Source: an uncultured Gammaproteobacteria bacterium
Lineage (GTDB): Bacteria > Patescibacteriota > Microgenomatia > UBA8517
Length of the DNA: 51,938 nt
Direction of reading: 5' to 3'
NCBI GenBank assembly: GCA_964420735.1
Contig: CAYQUL010000001.1
Location: 1-51,938, forward strand
The notes below the pieces were generated by a model. The model did not search any database. It had not been told where the DNA came from and saw nothing but the letters and a program-made list of their open reading frames with translations. Of this stretch, positions 1-10,299 are shown one piece after another. Each line of letters begins with the position of its first letter. Within the stretch, counting starts at the first letter, position 1. The position numbers and the translations under genes were made by a program.

Positions 1-1
1 T

Positions 2-949
2 TTTCTCTTTATCTATCGGAAAAACATTCAAAAGAAAGATTTGGGAATCTTTTTCGTGAGTTTTCTTATTTCACTTTCGACAATGATTGTGTCTGAGGCA
101 AAGTTTGGGTTTAAAGGTTTTTCTGGAGTTTTGTCACTTCTTTCAACAGGTGACGCTGTTGTTGCGGGGCACGGACTCGGTGACTTTCTAGTACTCTTCT
201 TAAATCAGATCGGGAGAGTCTACTCTGCCGCAAGCTTTCCTGGAAACGTCGGTTACGGTGCGTTTCTTGTAATACTCCCACTGTTTTTCTTCCTAAAAGA
301 GGCAAAACAGAAAGCTACGTCCTGGGTCTTTTTCCTTGCAGTGTGGCTTTTTTCTCATGCATCAGTTGTAACTGTTGGTGGAACAAGCACCCCGTTTTTA
401 CTGGTAGGTATCAGCCCAGCCGTTTCAATTTTACTTGGGATATTTGCATACAAACTGTTTACAAATTCAAAGCTACTGGCTTTTTGTTTTATTCTTTTTA
501 TTGTTGTATTTCAATTTAAAACGATTAAAGTGGAGGATGCACGAGGTTCAACTTATTTTGCAATTCAAAAGGATTTGGTGATTGTAAAAGAGACTGCGGC
601 ACTTGACTATATGTACCAGAGGGCAAATGGTGAGCCGTTTACAGTCAACAGTTTAACCAGTCCTTTATGGGTAAATATTGTTTGGTCATATCTTTTTAAC
701 TGGTATGGACAATCCCACTATGGCTATCAGCCAACCTGGGTCGGTCGGGGACAAGAAGGACAGGTGATTGCTCTAAGCCAGGCTCTGACGCGTGAAAAGC
801 ATCATTTTTTGATACTAGAACCAATGGCGGGTATTCCATTCCAGTATTTACCTGATATTATTTCCCAGGAGGATACCTTAACAGAACTTGTTGAAGAAAA
901 GTACTTTGGTGAAATTCGTATCCAGTACCGAGAACCTATTACAAAATGA
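2..949 (+). CDS. Polytopic membrane protein, C-terminal part (5' end upstream of window); family not recognised
   Basis: The frame is open from nt 2, with no stop before the listed TTG at 41, and ends at TGA 947-949. Several hydrophobic helices are followed by a soluble tail. The stop overlaps the next start as ATGA. Confidence 0.6.
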   Translation, partial: FLFIYRKNIQKKDLGIFFVSFLISLSTMIVSEAKFGFKGFSGVLSLLSTGDAVVAGHGLGDFLVLFLNQIGRVYSAASFPGNVGYGAFLVILPLFFFLKEAKQKATSWVFFLAVWLFSHASVVTVGGTSTPFLLVGISPAVSILLGIFAYKLFTNSKLLAFCFILFIVVFQFKTIKVEDARGSTYFAIQKDLVIVKETAALDYMYQRANGEPFTVNSLTSPLWVNIVWSYLFNWYGQSHYGYQPTWVGRGQEGQVIALSQALTREKHHFLILEPMAGIPFQYLPDIISQEDTLTELVEEKYFGEIRIQYREPITK

Positions 950-1599
950 ACACATCTACAAAATCAGCAGCACAGCTACACGAACACGTTCCACCTGATT
1001 GGTATTTTCAATCTATGAAAATTAACTTGGGGCAAAGGTATTGGCATAATCGCCGATTCTCAACAGTTATCGCTTTGTCAGAAAAGGTAAATGGGAAAAT
1101 TCTTGATATTGGATGCGCTGACGGAGTCTTTACCTACGAAATAGCAAAAAAAACAAAGGCTAAAAAAATAATTGGAATTGATGTGTTAAAGCCATCAATT
1201 GACTGGTCAAAGAAACACTGGGCAAAGAAGTCAAACCTTTCTTTTAAGGTAGGAAACGCTCATGAGCTTAATTACCCAGATAATACTTTTGACGCGGTGT
1301 ACGCACTGGAAGTACTTGAACACGTCCCGGAACCGATTAAAGTTTTAAAAGAAGTAAAACGTGTTTTGTCTCCTGGGGGATATGCAATCTTTTTAGTTCC
1401 TTCGGACAACAAATTGTTTCAAGGAATATGGTTTTTGTGGACGAAGTTTTGGAGAGGGAAGATTTGGGACGATTGTCATATTCAATCATACAAAGAGCAT
1501 GCCCTTGGAAAGTTATGTAAAAAAGCAGGCCTCACTCTCGAGGTTGATGACACATTTATATTAGGCATGCTTAACGTTGTTAAAGTGAGAAAAGTATGA
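946..1599 (+). CDS. Class I SAM-dependent methyltransferase (Methyltransf_11-like)
   Basis: SAM motif I 'ILDIGCADGVFT' and downstream 'AVYALEVLEHVPEP'. ATGA overlaps on both sides. Confidence 0.85.
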   Translation: MNTSTKSAAQLHEHVPPDWYFQSMKINLGQRYWHNRRFSTVIALSEKVNGKILDIGCADGVFTYEIAKKTKAKKIIGIDVLKPSIDWSKKHWAKKSNLSFKVGNAHELNYPDNTFDAVYALEVLEHVPEPIKVLKEVKRVLSPGGYAIFLVPSDNKLFQGIWFLWTKFWRGKIWDDCHIQSYKEHALGKLCKKAGLTLEVDDTFILGMLNVVKVRKV

Positions 1600-2507
1600 G
1601 CAAAACGTTATCTGTTTCTGTCGTAATACCCAACTGGAATGGGCAGAGCCTTCTTCAAAAAAACCTGGCGGCGGTTCTTGCCTCAATGCGATATAAGAAA
1701 AACCAAATCGGTGAAATAATTATTGTTGATGACGGTTCAACCGATGACTCGGTCAAGTTTCTTAAAAAAGAATACGGTTCAAAAATTCGTTTGATTAAGC
1801 ACACTAAGAATAGAGGATTTGCCTCTTCAGTTAATAACGGTGTCAGAATGGCAAAAGGACAGTTGGTGTGTTTATTAAATACTGATGTAATACCCTCTCG
1901 TGAATTTTTAAGCCACGCACTTGCTCATTTTGAAGACAAAAGTGTTTTTGCTGTTGGTTTGCATGAAAAAGGTGCTGGGCCCGCGGTAGGTTTTTTTAAC
2001 AACGGATTTATTGAGCACAAAGGTGGAAAGGAGACGCAAAATGAGTCATTTTCTTTTTGGGCAAGTGGTGGCAGTGCCGTTTTTCGTCGTAGCCAGTGGA
2101 TGGAACTAAAGGGACTTGATGAAGAACTTTTGACGCCTTTCTATTGGGAAGATGTGGACTTGGGCTACCGGGCATGGAAACATGGCTACAAGATTGTTTG
2201 GGAGCCAAAAAGCATGGTGGAGCATCAACACGAAAGCACCATTAATAAAGACCGTTTTAAGGTTGCCTTTATGAATCGAGTGAAAGAGCGCAATCAGCTG
2301 TTGGTTATTTGGAAAAACATCACCAGTGATAAGTTATTTCGAAATCATATTCAGGGACTACTAAAAAGGATAATCTCCCATCCAGGATATATAAAAGTTG
2401 TTTTTGATGCATTGAAGTTTCGAAAACTGGTACTGGCTAAAAGAACCAGAGAAAAGAAAGAGAGCACCGTTTCAGATGAAGCAGTCTTTGCTAAATTTAG
2501 TATATGA
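1596..2507 (+). CDS. GT2 family glycosyltransferase (rhamnosyltransferase/WbbL-like)
   Basis: 'VSVVIPNWNG', 'IIIVDDGSTDDS', 'LLNTDV' (DxD region), 'WEDVDLGYRAW'. Confidence 0.85.
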   Translation: MSKTLSVSVVIPNWNGQSLLQKNLAAVLASMRYKKNQIGEIIIVDDGSTDDSVKFLKKEYGSKIRLIKHTKNRGFASSVNNGVRMAKGQLVCLLNTDVIPSREFLSHALAHFEDKSVFAVGLHEKGAGPAVGFFNNGFIEHKGGKETQNESFSFWASGGSAVFRRSQWMELKGLDEELLTPFYWEDVDLGYRAWKHGYKIVWEPKSMVEHQHESTINKDRFKVAFMNRVKERNQLLVIWKNITSDKLFRNHIQGLLKRIISHPGYIKVVFDALKFRKLVLAKRTREKKESTVSDEAVFAKFSI

Positions 2508-3295
2508 AACTGACCCTCTCAATTATTATCGTCAGTTATAACACTGAAAAATTGACGATTAGGTGTATTAAATCAATTGACAAACACAAACCTAAGTTTC
2601 CGTACGAAATTGTTGTTGTTGATAACGCCTCCACAGATGGCTCAGTAGTCTTACTACAGAAACTGAAAAATAAAACGCTTACTATTATTAAAAACAAAAC
2701 CAATCAGGGTTTTTCAAAAGCAAACAACCAGGGGATAGCCAAAGCAGACGGAGAGTTTATTTTACTTTTAAACTCTGATACTGAAATTATCGATGACTGT
2801 TTAACTACTTTAGTTACTTTTGCAAAAGAGCACAACGATGCTGGTGTTGTTGCCCCGCAATTGTTGAACGCTGACCGCACAGTTCAGGCTTCCATCTTTC
2901 GACTCCCCACTATCTCTCGTGCAGTCTCCCAATATTTACTCAAAAACAGAGGAATACTTACAAAGTATTCGCTCTCCGGTGACAAAGCCATAAAAGTTGA
3001 ATCAGTCGTTGGCGCAGCTTTTCTTATCACTCCCCAATCTCGGAAAAAAGTTGGTGTTTTAGACGAAAAATACTTTATGTACTTTGAGGATTTGGATTAT
3101 TGCAAAAAAGTAAATGAAAATAACCTTGCAGTTTATTATTTGCCTTATGCACAGGTTATTCACCTTCATGGAGCAAGTGGTAAGGGAAGCGTCAACAATC
3201 TTTTAATTGAGTCAAGCAAAAAATACTTTGGAATTGTGAGATACTATTTATACACATTTGTTTTGTGGATTGGACAAAAATATGGTGAAAACTAA
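2504..3295 (+). CDS. GT2 family glycosyltransferase
   Basis: 'LSIIIVSYNT', 'VVVDNASTDGS', 'LLNSDTE', 'FEDLDYCKK'. Confidence 0.85.
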   Translation: MKLTLSIIIVSYNTEKLTIRCIKSIDKHKPKFPYEIVVVDNASTDGSVVLLQKLKNKTLTIIKNKTNQGFSKANNQGIAKADGEFILLLNSDTEIIDDCLTTLVTFAKEHNDAGVVAPQLLNADRTVQASIFRLPTISRAVSQYLLKNRGILTKYSLSGDKAIKVESVVGAAFLITPQSRKKVGVLDEKYFMYFEDLDYCKKVNENNLAVYYLPYAQVIHLHGASGKGSVNNLLIESSKKYFGIVRYYLYTFVLWIGQKYGEN

Positions 3296-5042
3296 TACAA
3301 CTCCGTTATGGAAACAAACCAAGTTTATTTTACTGTTGATTGTTGTTGCTGCCGCAGTCCTGCGTTTAGCTGGCTTGACGCAAGTGCCTGTTTCGCTCTT
3401 TGGAGATGAACTTGATGTTGGCTATCACGCGTATTCATTCTTAAAAACTGGGAAAGACTATTCAGGGAATTCCCTTCCGATGCACTTTCAGAGTTTAGCT
3501 GAGTGGCGCACTCCGCTTTATCTTTACGCTGCCGTCCCAACCGTTGCAATTTTTGGAATTAGTCCACTTGGCGTCAGGCTACCAGCTGCACTATTTGGAA
3601 TAGCAACTATTCCTTTGTTTTATCTTCTCGTTAAGGAGATTGTCGGTGGAGGGGTTGAGACAGATCGTGCACGCAAACTTGGACTGTTTGCAGCTTTTTT
3701 GCTTGCCTTCTCACCTTGGCACATTCAATACAGTCGAGCAGCTTTTGAAGTTACCCAGTTGTTGTTCTTCTTTATAGGGGGTATGTATTTTTTTCTTCGT
3801 GCACTGAGGGACAAGGGGTCTTTGCTGTGGCTGTCAGGGATTTTCCTTGGACTTATGCCGTGGGTGTATAGTACTGCAAAACTTTTTTTGCCATTTTTTC
3901 TTGTTGCAATGGCAGTTCTTTATTTTAAAGAAATCTTTAAATTGCCCAAACGTGCTCTGCTTATTGGTGTCTTGTCACTTGGATTGGTACTTACTCCAAT
4001 TACCTGGAGTACCTTGTTTGGTGGTGGAACACAACGATTCAACTACATAAGTGTTTTTTCGGACCCCACGGTAGAGCCTGAAATTGGTACGGCAAGAGGA
4101 ACAGATGCACATAATCGAGGGGAAACCGGAACTGGTCTTAACCCAACCGTTATTGATAGAGGATTTCACAACAAATTCACCTATTGGGGTGAGACAGTTT
4201 TGCATAACTACTTTATGCCTTTTTCATCCGAATTTCTCCTGTTAAGAGGAGACCCCAATCCTCGTCACTCAATTGAAGGAATGGGAGAGTTTTATAAATA
4301 CGAAATTATTGGTCTTATTGCAGGACTTGCCTTTTTTCTTACCAAAAGCGAAAACAAAAAAAGCAAATGGCTCATTGCCTTGTGGACCTTACTTGGGGTC
4401 ATTCCATCAAGCCTTACCAGAGATGGAGGAAACCACGCAACTCGTTTAATCTTGATTCTTCCTCCCCTTTTGTTTTTGGTTTCGTATGGATTTTACTATC
4501 TTGTTTCATCACAAAAGAGATTGAAAGTGCCACTTATTGGTTTATATATAATTGTCTTTATCCTTTCCTTTGTTTCATATCAGCACTTATATTGGGTACA
4601 CAACCCGTCACAGTCTGAGAGGTGGTGGCACTATGGTTGGGGACCGGCAATTAGTGAAGTAAAACAAATACAGTCTGAGTTTGATAACGTCATTATAACC
4701 AGTGCTGACGAGCCTCCCTGGATCTTTTTTGCAGCTTGGTATGAATTTGATCCTGTACAGTGGCACCAAGGGTATCCAATGAAGAAACACAATATCCCGG
4801 GTTTTGGCGATATCAGTTATATAGGTAAATTCTCGTTTGGTAATTTTGAAGGTAAAAAAGGGCTATATGACTGGGGTAAAATACTAGACGACAAAACGCT
4901 TTACTTAGCCTCAGCAAAGGAAGTAAACGTTAACCTGATCGCTGAGCCTGAGCGAACACCAAAGGACCTAAAGATGATTAAGTCGTTTGCCTATCCTTCA
5001 GGTGAACCTGCTTTCTATCTATTTACTGGTGTTGCCAGATGA
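3282..5042 (+). CDS. GT-C membrane glycosyltransferase, GT39/PMT_2 (ArnT/PMT-like), paralog 1 of 6
   Basis: First periplasmic loop 'FGDELDVGYHAYSFLKTGKDYSGNSLP' carries an acidic DE pair. 'FSPWHIQYSR', many TM helices and a soluble C-terminal domain are present. ATG at 3282 is preferred over the TTG-extended 3258. Confidence 0.8.
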   Translation: MVKTNTTPLWKQTKFILLLIVVAAAVLRLAGLTQVPVSLFGDELDVGYHAYSFLKTGKDYSGNSLPMHFQSLAEWRTPLYLYAAVPTVAIFGISPLGVRLPAALFGIATIPLFYLLVKEIVGGGVETDRARKLGLFAAFLLAFSPWHIQYSRAAFEVTQLLFFFIGGMYFFLRALRDKGSLLWLSGIFLGLMPWVYSTAKLFLPFFLVAMAVLYFKEIFKLPKRALLIGVLSLGLVLTPITWSTLFGGGTQRFNYISVFSDPTVEPEIGTARGTDAHNRGETGTGLNPTVIDRGFHNKFTYWGETVLHNYFMPFSSEFLLLRGDPNPRHSIEGMGEFYKYEIIGLIAGLAFFLTKSENKKSKWLIALWTLLGVIPSSLTRDGGNHATRLILILPPLLFLVSYGFYYLVSSQKRLKVPLIGLYIIVFILSFVSYQHLYWVHNPSQSERWWHYGWGPAISEVKQIQSEFDNVIITSADEPPWIFFAAWYEFDPVQWHQGYPMKKHNIPGFGDISYIGKFSFGNFEGKKGLYDWGKILDDKTLYLASAKEVNVNLIAEPERTPKDLKMIKSFAYPSGEPAFYLFTGVAR

Positions 5043-5725
5043 TACTTTATCTTCTTATAGTCCTTTTTGTGCCCTGGACTGTTGTGCTACTAACTAACCC
5101 ACCAATTTTTCTGTTGGTTCTAGCAACAACTATCGTTTCTATTTTGTTTTCCCAAAAAAGAAGGATTTTAACTGTTCTAGTTTTGCTTTTATGTCTTTTT
5201 CAGTATTTTCAGATTACTAAAACCCCACTTGTTTCGAACTCTCCAGTTCATCAAGTTGAAATAAAACACAACTTGGCTGCATACCCGCCATTACCACTAC
5301 CAGTTGCCTACTGGTTTGAACAAAAAGATATTACACAAAAGATATTTGCATTGTCACTTAGAAGCGGAGAGGTGTTAAGCCCTTCACTTTACTTTTTTTC
5401 AAATCACCCCAGAGAACGGGCGGGATATCGTGAATTTGAGAAATTTCAGTATGTACTTCTTCCATTCTTTATATATGGACTTTTTTCGCTTTTCAGGAAG
5501 AAAAAGCACTACCTATTATTTATACTTTTTGTGCCAGGATTTATTTTGTTTACTTTGTTTGGAAATAGAGGAGAGGCAGGACCATTTTTGTTTTTTCCCT
5601 TTATTGCCTCGTTAACTTTTTACGGACTTCGTGAGTTTTTCCCAAAACGAAACAAAGCCTTGATTGCTTTCCTTGTTGTTTTTGTACTTGTCACTATTCA
5701 AACTTATGCGTATACCATCTCTTAA
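5039..5725 (+). CDS. Small polytopic membrane protein; resembles the central segment of the flanking GT39-like paralogs but lacks the DE loop
   Basis: Hydrophobic throughout. 'SPSLYFFSNHPRERAGYREFEKFQYVLLPFFIYGLF' lines up by eye with 'SSEFLLLRGDPNPRHSIEGMGEFYKYEIIGLIAGLAF' of paralog 1. ATGA overlap with the upstream gene. Confidence 0.5.
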   Translation: MILYLLIVLFVPWTVVLLTNPPIFLLVLATTIVSILFSQKRRILTVLVLLLCLFQYFQITKTPLVSNSPVHQVEIKHNLAAYPPLPLPVAYWFEQKDITQKIFALSLRSGEVLSPSLYFFSNHPRERAGYREFEKFQYVLLPFFIYGLFSLFRKKKHYLLFILFVPGFILFTLFGNRGEAGPFLFFPFIASLTFYGLREFFPKRNKALIAFLVVFVLVTIQTYAYTIS

Positions 5726-7391
5726 AATCACGTTGATTGAACTTGCTTTAATTTTTGCTGTTGGAGCATTAGTCTTTTTTATTAAACTTTCTACAATTCC
5801 TTCTGGCATGTATATTGATGAAACGCTACCTGCTTATAGCGCTTACTCAATCATCAAGACTGGCCGCGATGAATATGGAAAAGTGTTTCCGCTGGTTTTC
5901 CGTTTTTACGGGTCGTATAACCCTCCACTCTTTATTTACCTTACTGCTATTTTTGAGTCGGTATTAGGACTCACCCCGCTAGCTGTTCGTTTACCTTCAT
6001 CACTTGCCGGACTTTTAAGTGTTATTCCAATCTATCTACTTTTGAAAGACAAACTTCTTAAAAATTCGCTCACGTCATTTGTCTCTGGGATCTTTTTTGT
6101 AATAACACCCTGGATTGTTTTACATAGTCGAGTTGGGTACGAAGTAAGCCTTGGATATCTACTACTCTCCCTTGGTGTTTATTTTACTTATCGAGGTTTG
6201 ACCCAGGGCAAATATCTAGCAGTGGGTATGATGTTTTTGTCATTATCAACGTATGCCGCTTACGCTGAGCGGTTTATTGTCCCATTTTTTATTATCGGAA
6301 TACTCATTTTCTTTCAGCGCAGTCTATTAATCATAAAAAACAAAACAAACTTGCTTATTTGTGCTTTGGTTGGTCTTGTTACACAAATCCCTAATCTTTG
6401 GCTTGTCACAACTCCGGCATTTTTCCCAAAACAAAATTTAGTTGGAAGTGGCATAGTTGCAGCCTCTGCCGAGAAAATCGCCCATTTTCTGCCTTACCAC
6501 GTGAGTTTCATTCTTGCATTTCTTCGTGAGTTTCTGTCTCAATATGTAACTTATTTTTCACCACAATCTCTGTTTTTTGTTCCAGATCCAGATTTGCAAC
6601 GTTCAATTCCGTACCTCTCTGTCTTTTATGTTTGGATGATTATCCCATTTTTCATTGGCTGTTTTGCTTTATATAAAAATTACAAAACCACCTTAGGAAA
6701 AGTCATTCTAACTTTGCTTATCGTGTCCCCAATTCCTGCTGCGTTAACTCTTGACCCTTTTTCAACCCATCGGGCACTTCCACAGCTTTTGCCACTGTTT
6801 CTTATTATTGGTTTAGGTATAGATTGGCTTTTAGTTAAAACTACTAGGGCTCGTGGATTACTTTTGGTTGTGATTGTTTTTGCCATATCACTTCTTTTTC
6901 TTTGGAGAAGCTATTTTGTACTTATGCCCTATACCAGAGCACAATATTGGGGATATGGACATGAAGCGTTAACTGTTTTTATCCAGAATCACCCCAATGA
7001 CCAATTTGTAATTGATCAAACGAGAATTAAGCCTGTATACAGCCAACTCGCCTTTTATATGAAATTTGACCCAGCTGAATTTCAAAAAAGCATTGACCCG
7101 AGGCTGGTCACAAATTACTATAATAACCTGCCGTTTAGTGGTCACTTTACCTTTGGAAATATTGATACTCGTGGCATAGTTTGGGAAAGTGATATATACC
7201 GTGACCTTATTCTTGTGGGGGACGACTTGACTATTTCAGACAAACAAGCAGAAGAGCACGCGCTGACTCAAGTGTTTACAATTAATGACCCTAGAGGAGA
7301 TACCCTTTTTAAGGGCTTTAAAACAAACCCCGCAAAAAAATGTAGAATAAGTAATTATGCGAGTGAAAAATGCGCTAGTTTTAAACCGTAA
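5706..7391 (+). CDS. GT-C membrane glycosyltransferase, GT39/PMT_2-like, paralog 2 of 6
   Basis: 'YIDETLPAYSAYSIIKTGRDEYGKVFP', 'ITPWIVLHSR', 'YVTYFSPQSLFF', C-terminal 'FYMKFDPAEF'. ATG at 5706 is preferred over the extended 5664. Confidence 0.8.
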   Translation: MRIPSLKITLIELALIFAVGALVFFIKLSTIPSGMYIDETLPAYSAYSIIKTGRDEYGKVFPLVFRFYGSYNPPLFIYLTAIFESVLGLTPLAVRLPSSLAGLLSVIPIYLLLKDKLLKNSLTSFVSGIFFVITPWIVLHSRVGYEVSLGYLLLSLGVYFTYRGLTQGKYLAVGMMFLSLSTYAAYAERFIVPFFIIGILIFFQRSLLIIKNKTNLLICALVGLVTQIPNLWLVTTPAFFPKQNLVGSGIVAASAEKIAHFLPYHVSFILAFLREFLSQYVTYFSPQSLFFVPDPDLQRSIPYLSVFYVWMIIPFFIGCFALYKNYKTTLGKVILTLLIVSPIPAALTLDPFSTHRALPQLLPLFLIIGLGIDWLLVKTTRARGLLLVVIVFAISLLFLWRSYFVLMPYTRAQYWGYGHEALTVFIQNHPNDQFVIDQTRIKPVYSQLAFYMKFDPAEFQKSIDPRLVTNYYNNLPFSGHFTFGNIDTRGIVWESDIYRDLILVGDDLTISDKQAEEHALTQVFTINDPRGDTLFKGFKTNPAKKCRISNYASEKCASFKP

Positions 7392-8631
7392 GTTGGTTTT
7401 GCTGTTACTTTGTGGAATTGCTTTTAGAGTTCTGCTTTTCAGTGTGGCCAGGCACGGTGACATCAATAATAATCTTTCGTGGGGAGAGGAACTGATTAGG
7501 CGGGGGGCTAACGGCTTTTATGAAGGCCTGTCTTGGCCATTTTCATCTCCCAATCAGCCGCCACTCTATTTGTATCTTTTTGCAATTGTTTCAGCCCTGA
7601 CAAGCTTCGTTGGTTCAAGTATTCATTATTTGAATGAAAACCTTGGTGCTTTCCCTTCGTCTCTAGTGTGGTGGTGGAGCACAAATGGAGAACTCCTTTT
7701 TGCTAAAATTCCAAGTATTTTAGCCGATACAGCAATTGCGGCTGTTTTATATCGTTTTTTTTCAGATAAAAAACAAGGACTGCTTGCGGCTGCACTTTGG
7801 CTTATTAATCCAGTTGTTTGGTACAACTCAGGAATCTGGGGAGGAACCGACTCTATTGTAAATTTACTAGGTCTTATCTCATTTTACTTTCTATTTCACA
7901 AAAGACTAGTAAAAGCTTCAGTGTTTTTGGTTTTGAGTCTGCTTTTTAAGGGTTCCCTCGCGCTTTTTGTTCCGTTGTGGGTTCTTGTTGCAGTGTACCA
8001 AGGATTTTCGGCTCACACATTTGGTAAAGCAGTCCTTACCTGCGCCTTGGTAACTATTCTTGTTGCGTTTCCGTTTCGTCCTTCTCTTGATTTACCCGTT
8101 TGGCTGTTTAATCTGTACACCCAACGCTTTTTCCCTGGAGAAATTGGTAGTTTAACTGCAAACGCTTTTAACTTCTGGTGGATTGTTGACTCAGGAAAGA
8201 CACTAGACTCCACAACATTTTTTGGCATAACAGCACGAATGTGGGGAGTTATCACTACGGTTTTAATCTATCTATTAGTGCTACTTAAAACAAAACGAAA
8301 TATGTCATCAGTTCGTGTCTTTTTTGCAGCAAGCATAATTGCACTCGTATCGTTTCTTTTTATGACACGCATCCATGAGAGATATCTCTACCCATTGTTC
8401 CCGTTTTTAACCTTGCTTGCAGTTAAGTACAAGCGTGCACAAATTACGTTGGCTGTTTTAAGTTTCGTAAACCTTGCTAACCTCTATCATCTTTTTTGGG
8501 CGCCAGGAGTTGAGAGTCTTAAAATGCTTTATACAAAACCCATGTTTGCAATCAGTTTGTCAATCGTGTCTCTTGTAGTATCACTTGTATTTTTCATCGG
8601 TTTTATAACATTTAAGGAAAGCAAAAGCTAG
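7357..8631 (+). CDS. Putative GT-C membrane glycosyltransferase (DUF2029/GT87 or PIG-V-like, COG5542-like)
   Basis: About 10 TM helices. The early loop 'GDINNNLSWGEELIRRGANGFYEG...SPNQPPLYLYLF' resembles the D..W...G..fY...PPlY pattern of that group. Confidence 0.5.
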   Translation: MRVKNALVLNRKLVLLLLCGIAFRVLLFSVARHGDINNNLSWGEELIRRGANGFYEGLSWPFSSPNQPPLYLYLFAIVSALTSFVGSSIHYLNENLGAFPSSLVWWWSTNGELLFAKIPSILADTAIAAVLYRFFSDKKQGLLAAALWLINPVVWYNSGIWGGTDSIVNLLGLISFYFLFHKRLVKASVFLVLSLLFKGSLALFVPLWVLVAVYQGFSAHTFGKAVLTCALVTILVAFPFRPSLDLPVWLFNLYTQRFFPGEIGSLTANAFNFWWIVDSGKTLDSTTFFGITARMWGVITTVLIYLLVLLKTKRNMSSVRVFFAASIIALVSFLFMTRIHERYLYPLFPFLTLLAVKYKRAQITLAVLSFVNLANLYHLFWAPGVESLKMLYTKPMFAISLSIVSLVVSLVFFIGFITFKESKS

Positions 8632-8676
8632 TACATGTCGTTTTGTTCTAACTCACTTTTTTAGTCAAAAAAACGC

Positions 8677-8682
8677 TATACT
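8677..8682 (+). promoter_or_regulatory. -10 box TATACT, 6 nt upstream of ATG 8689 (leaderless-type spacing)
   Basis: Lies in the only real gap (57 nt) within the paralog array. No convincing -35 and no SD. Confidence 0.35.
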
Positions 8683-8688
8683 ATCCTC

Positions 8689-10299
8689 ATGTACAAATGG
8701 TTTTTCATGTTGATTTTTGTCTTAGCCTTTCTCCTGCGTGTTGTAAACCTTGGAGGTTCGCCGGCAGGTTTTACTCCAGATGAAGCTTCTTTTGGGTATG
8801 ACGCCTACTCGATTATCAAAACAGGACGAGATCAGTGGGGTAGTTTAACTCCGCTGACGTTTAAATCATTTGGAGACTACAAACTGCCAGTTTATACATA
8901 TCTAGCCATCCCTAGTGTAAGTGTGTTTGGTTTAAACGAGTTTTCGGTACGACTACCTAATGCACTTCTCGGGACAGCTGCTGTAATAGCTACTTATTTT
9001 CTTGTTCTCGAACTGTTTGGTAAAAGAGCAAAAAGAATGGCACTAATTGCCGCCCTCTTTTTGGCAGTGTCTCCTTGGCACATCGCTCTCTCTCGTGGTG
9101 CATTTGAGGCAAACCTCACCACTTTTTTCTTAACAGTTGGCATGGTGTTCTTTTTAGCAGCTAGAAGACGACAAAGTCTTTTGACTGTTGCTATGTTGTT
9201 TTTTGGAATCAACCTTTTTACCTATCACTCCGCACGCATGGTGACACCACTTATTGTCATGGCCCTCTTGTGGATTTATAGATTAGACTTTCCAAGAACA
9301 AAAAAATTCACCCTGGCAAGCGCGGTCTTTTTGTTACTTCTGGTGACTGCAGTTGTGAGCGTTTTAGGAGGTTCCGGTGGACGGGCAGCTACCTCAACTT
9401 TAGCATCTCAAAACCTTGGATCAGGTGAAACTCGGGCTCATGTTGTGATAAGTGGCATGCCAAGTTTTGTTGCACGAGTAATATATAACGAGCCTTCTTT
9501 TAAATTGACAAAAGCTGTTGCTCAATATTTTACCTACTTTTCCCCTCAGTTTCTTCTTTTTGATGGGCCTCATGAAGTAACGTACGGAATGGTACCGGGT
9601 ATTGGTGTATTGACCATTTTTGAGTGTCTCGGTCTGGTTGGTTTATTCTTTTTGAGGAAAAATGAAAAGCCATTGCAGGTACTTTTCTTTTGGGTTTTTT
9701 TTGGCGCTATCCCTGCTGCAATTTCAATTGGTCCAGGGCACGCGGCAAACAGAGCCGCAATTCTGATGCCTGCATATCAAATAGTTGCGACATATGGTCT
9801 GTTTTTACTTTCAACTAGACTGCCGGAACTTAAGCGCTTCTTTGTCTCTTTTGTGTTTCTAGTTTCCATTTTTGGAATAGGTATTTTCTCTCGATATTAT
9901 TTTGAGCAAAAGACAGTCGCAAATTATGGAATGATGTACGGAATGAGAGAGTTATACCTCTTTTTACAAGAATACCCAACTAAACATGTTGTCTTGAGTA
10001 GGTCGTTGTCAGAAGCACACATATACGCGGCTTTCTTTGACCCGATTGAGCCAAAACTTTTTCAACAGGCAAGCAAAAATTGGAATATTGAAGAAAAACG
10101 GCTTGCTTGGGTTGATCAACAGGAGAGCTATTTTGTCGGTCGATATACCGTTAACTCCATTGATAAAATTCGTGACTTTACGTACGACAACACCTTTATT
10201 GTCGGGAAACCTGGAGAAATGCCAGAGAATGCCCGCATTGTTAAAACAATTATGTCACCCAATGCGAGTGTCCTCTGGGTTGTTGCCGAAAGACCATGA
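8689..10299 (+). CDS. GT-C membrane glycosyltransferase, GT39/PMT_2-like, paralog 3 of 6
   Basis: 'FTPDEASFGYDAYSIIKTGRDQWGSLTP', 'AVSPWHIALSRGAFE', 'YFTYFSPQFLLF', 'IYAAFFDPIEPKLF'. Preceded by a 57-nt gap containing a -10 box. Confidence 0.85.
   Translation: MYKWFFMLIFVLAFLLRVVNLGGSPAGFTPDEASFGYDAYSIIKTGRDQWGSLTPLTFKSFGDYKLPVYTYLAIPSVSVFGLNEFSVRLPNALLGTAAVIATYFLVLELFGKRAKRMALIAALFLAVSPWHIALSRGAFEANLTTFFLTVGMVFFLAARRRQSLLTVAMLFFGINLFTYHSARMVTPLIVMALLWIYRLDFPRTKKFTLASAVFLLLLVTAVVSVLGGSGGRAATSTLASQNLGSGETRAHVVISGMPSFVARVIYNEPSFKLTKAVAQYFTYFSPQFLLFDGPHEVTYGMVPGIGVLTIFECLGLVGLFFLRKNEKPLQVLFFWVFFGAIPAAISIGPGHAANRAAILMPAYQIVATYGLFLLSTRLPELKRFFVSFVFLVSIFGIGIFSRYYFEQKTVANYGMMYGMRELYLFLQEYPTKHVVLSRSLSEAHIYAAFFDPIEPKLFQQASKNWNIEEKRLAWVDQQESYFVGRYTVNSIDKIRDFTYDNTFIVGKPGEMPENARIVKTIMSPNASVLWVVAERP

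Noticed and set aside
8632-8688. Rho-independent terminators after 8631 (also checked after 17768, 23202, 29089 and 51860).
   Set aside because: I saw no GC-rich stem followed by a T-tract, only short palindromes such as ACATGT.
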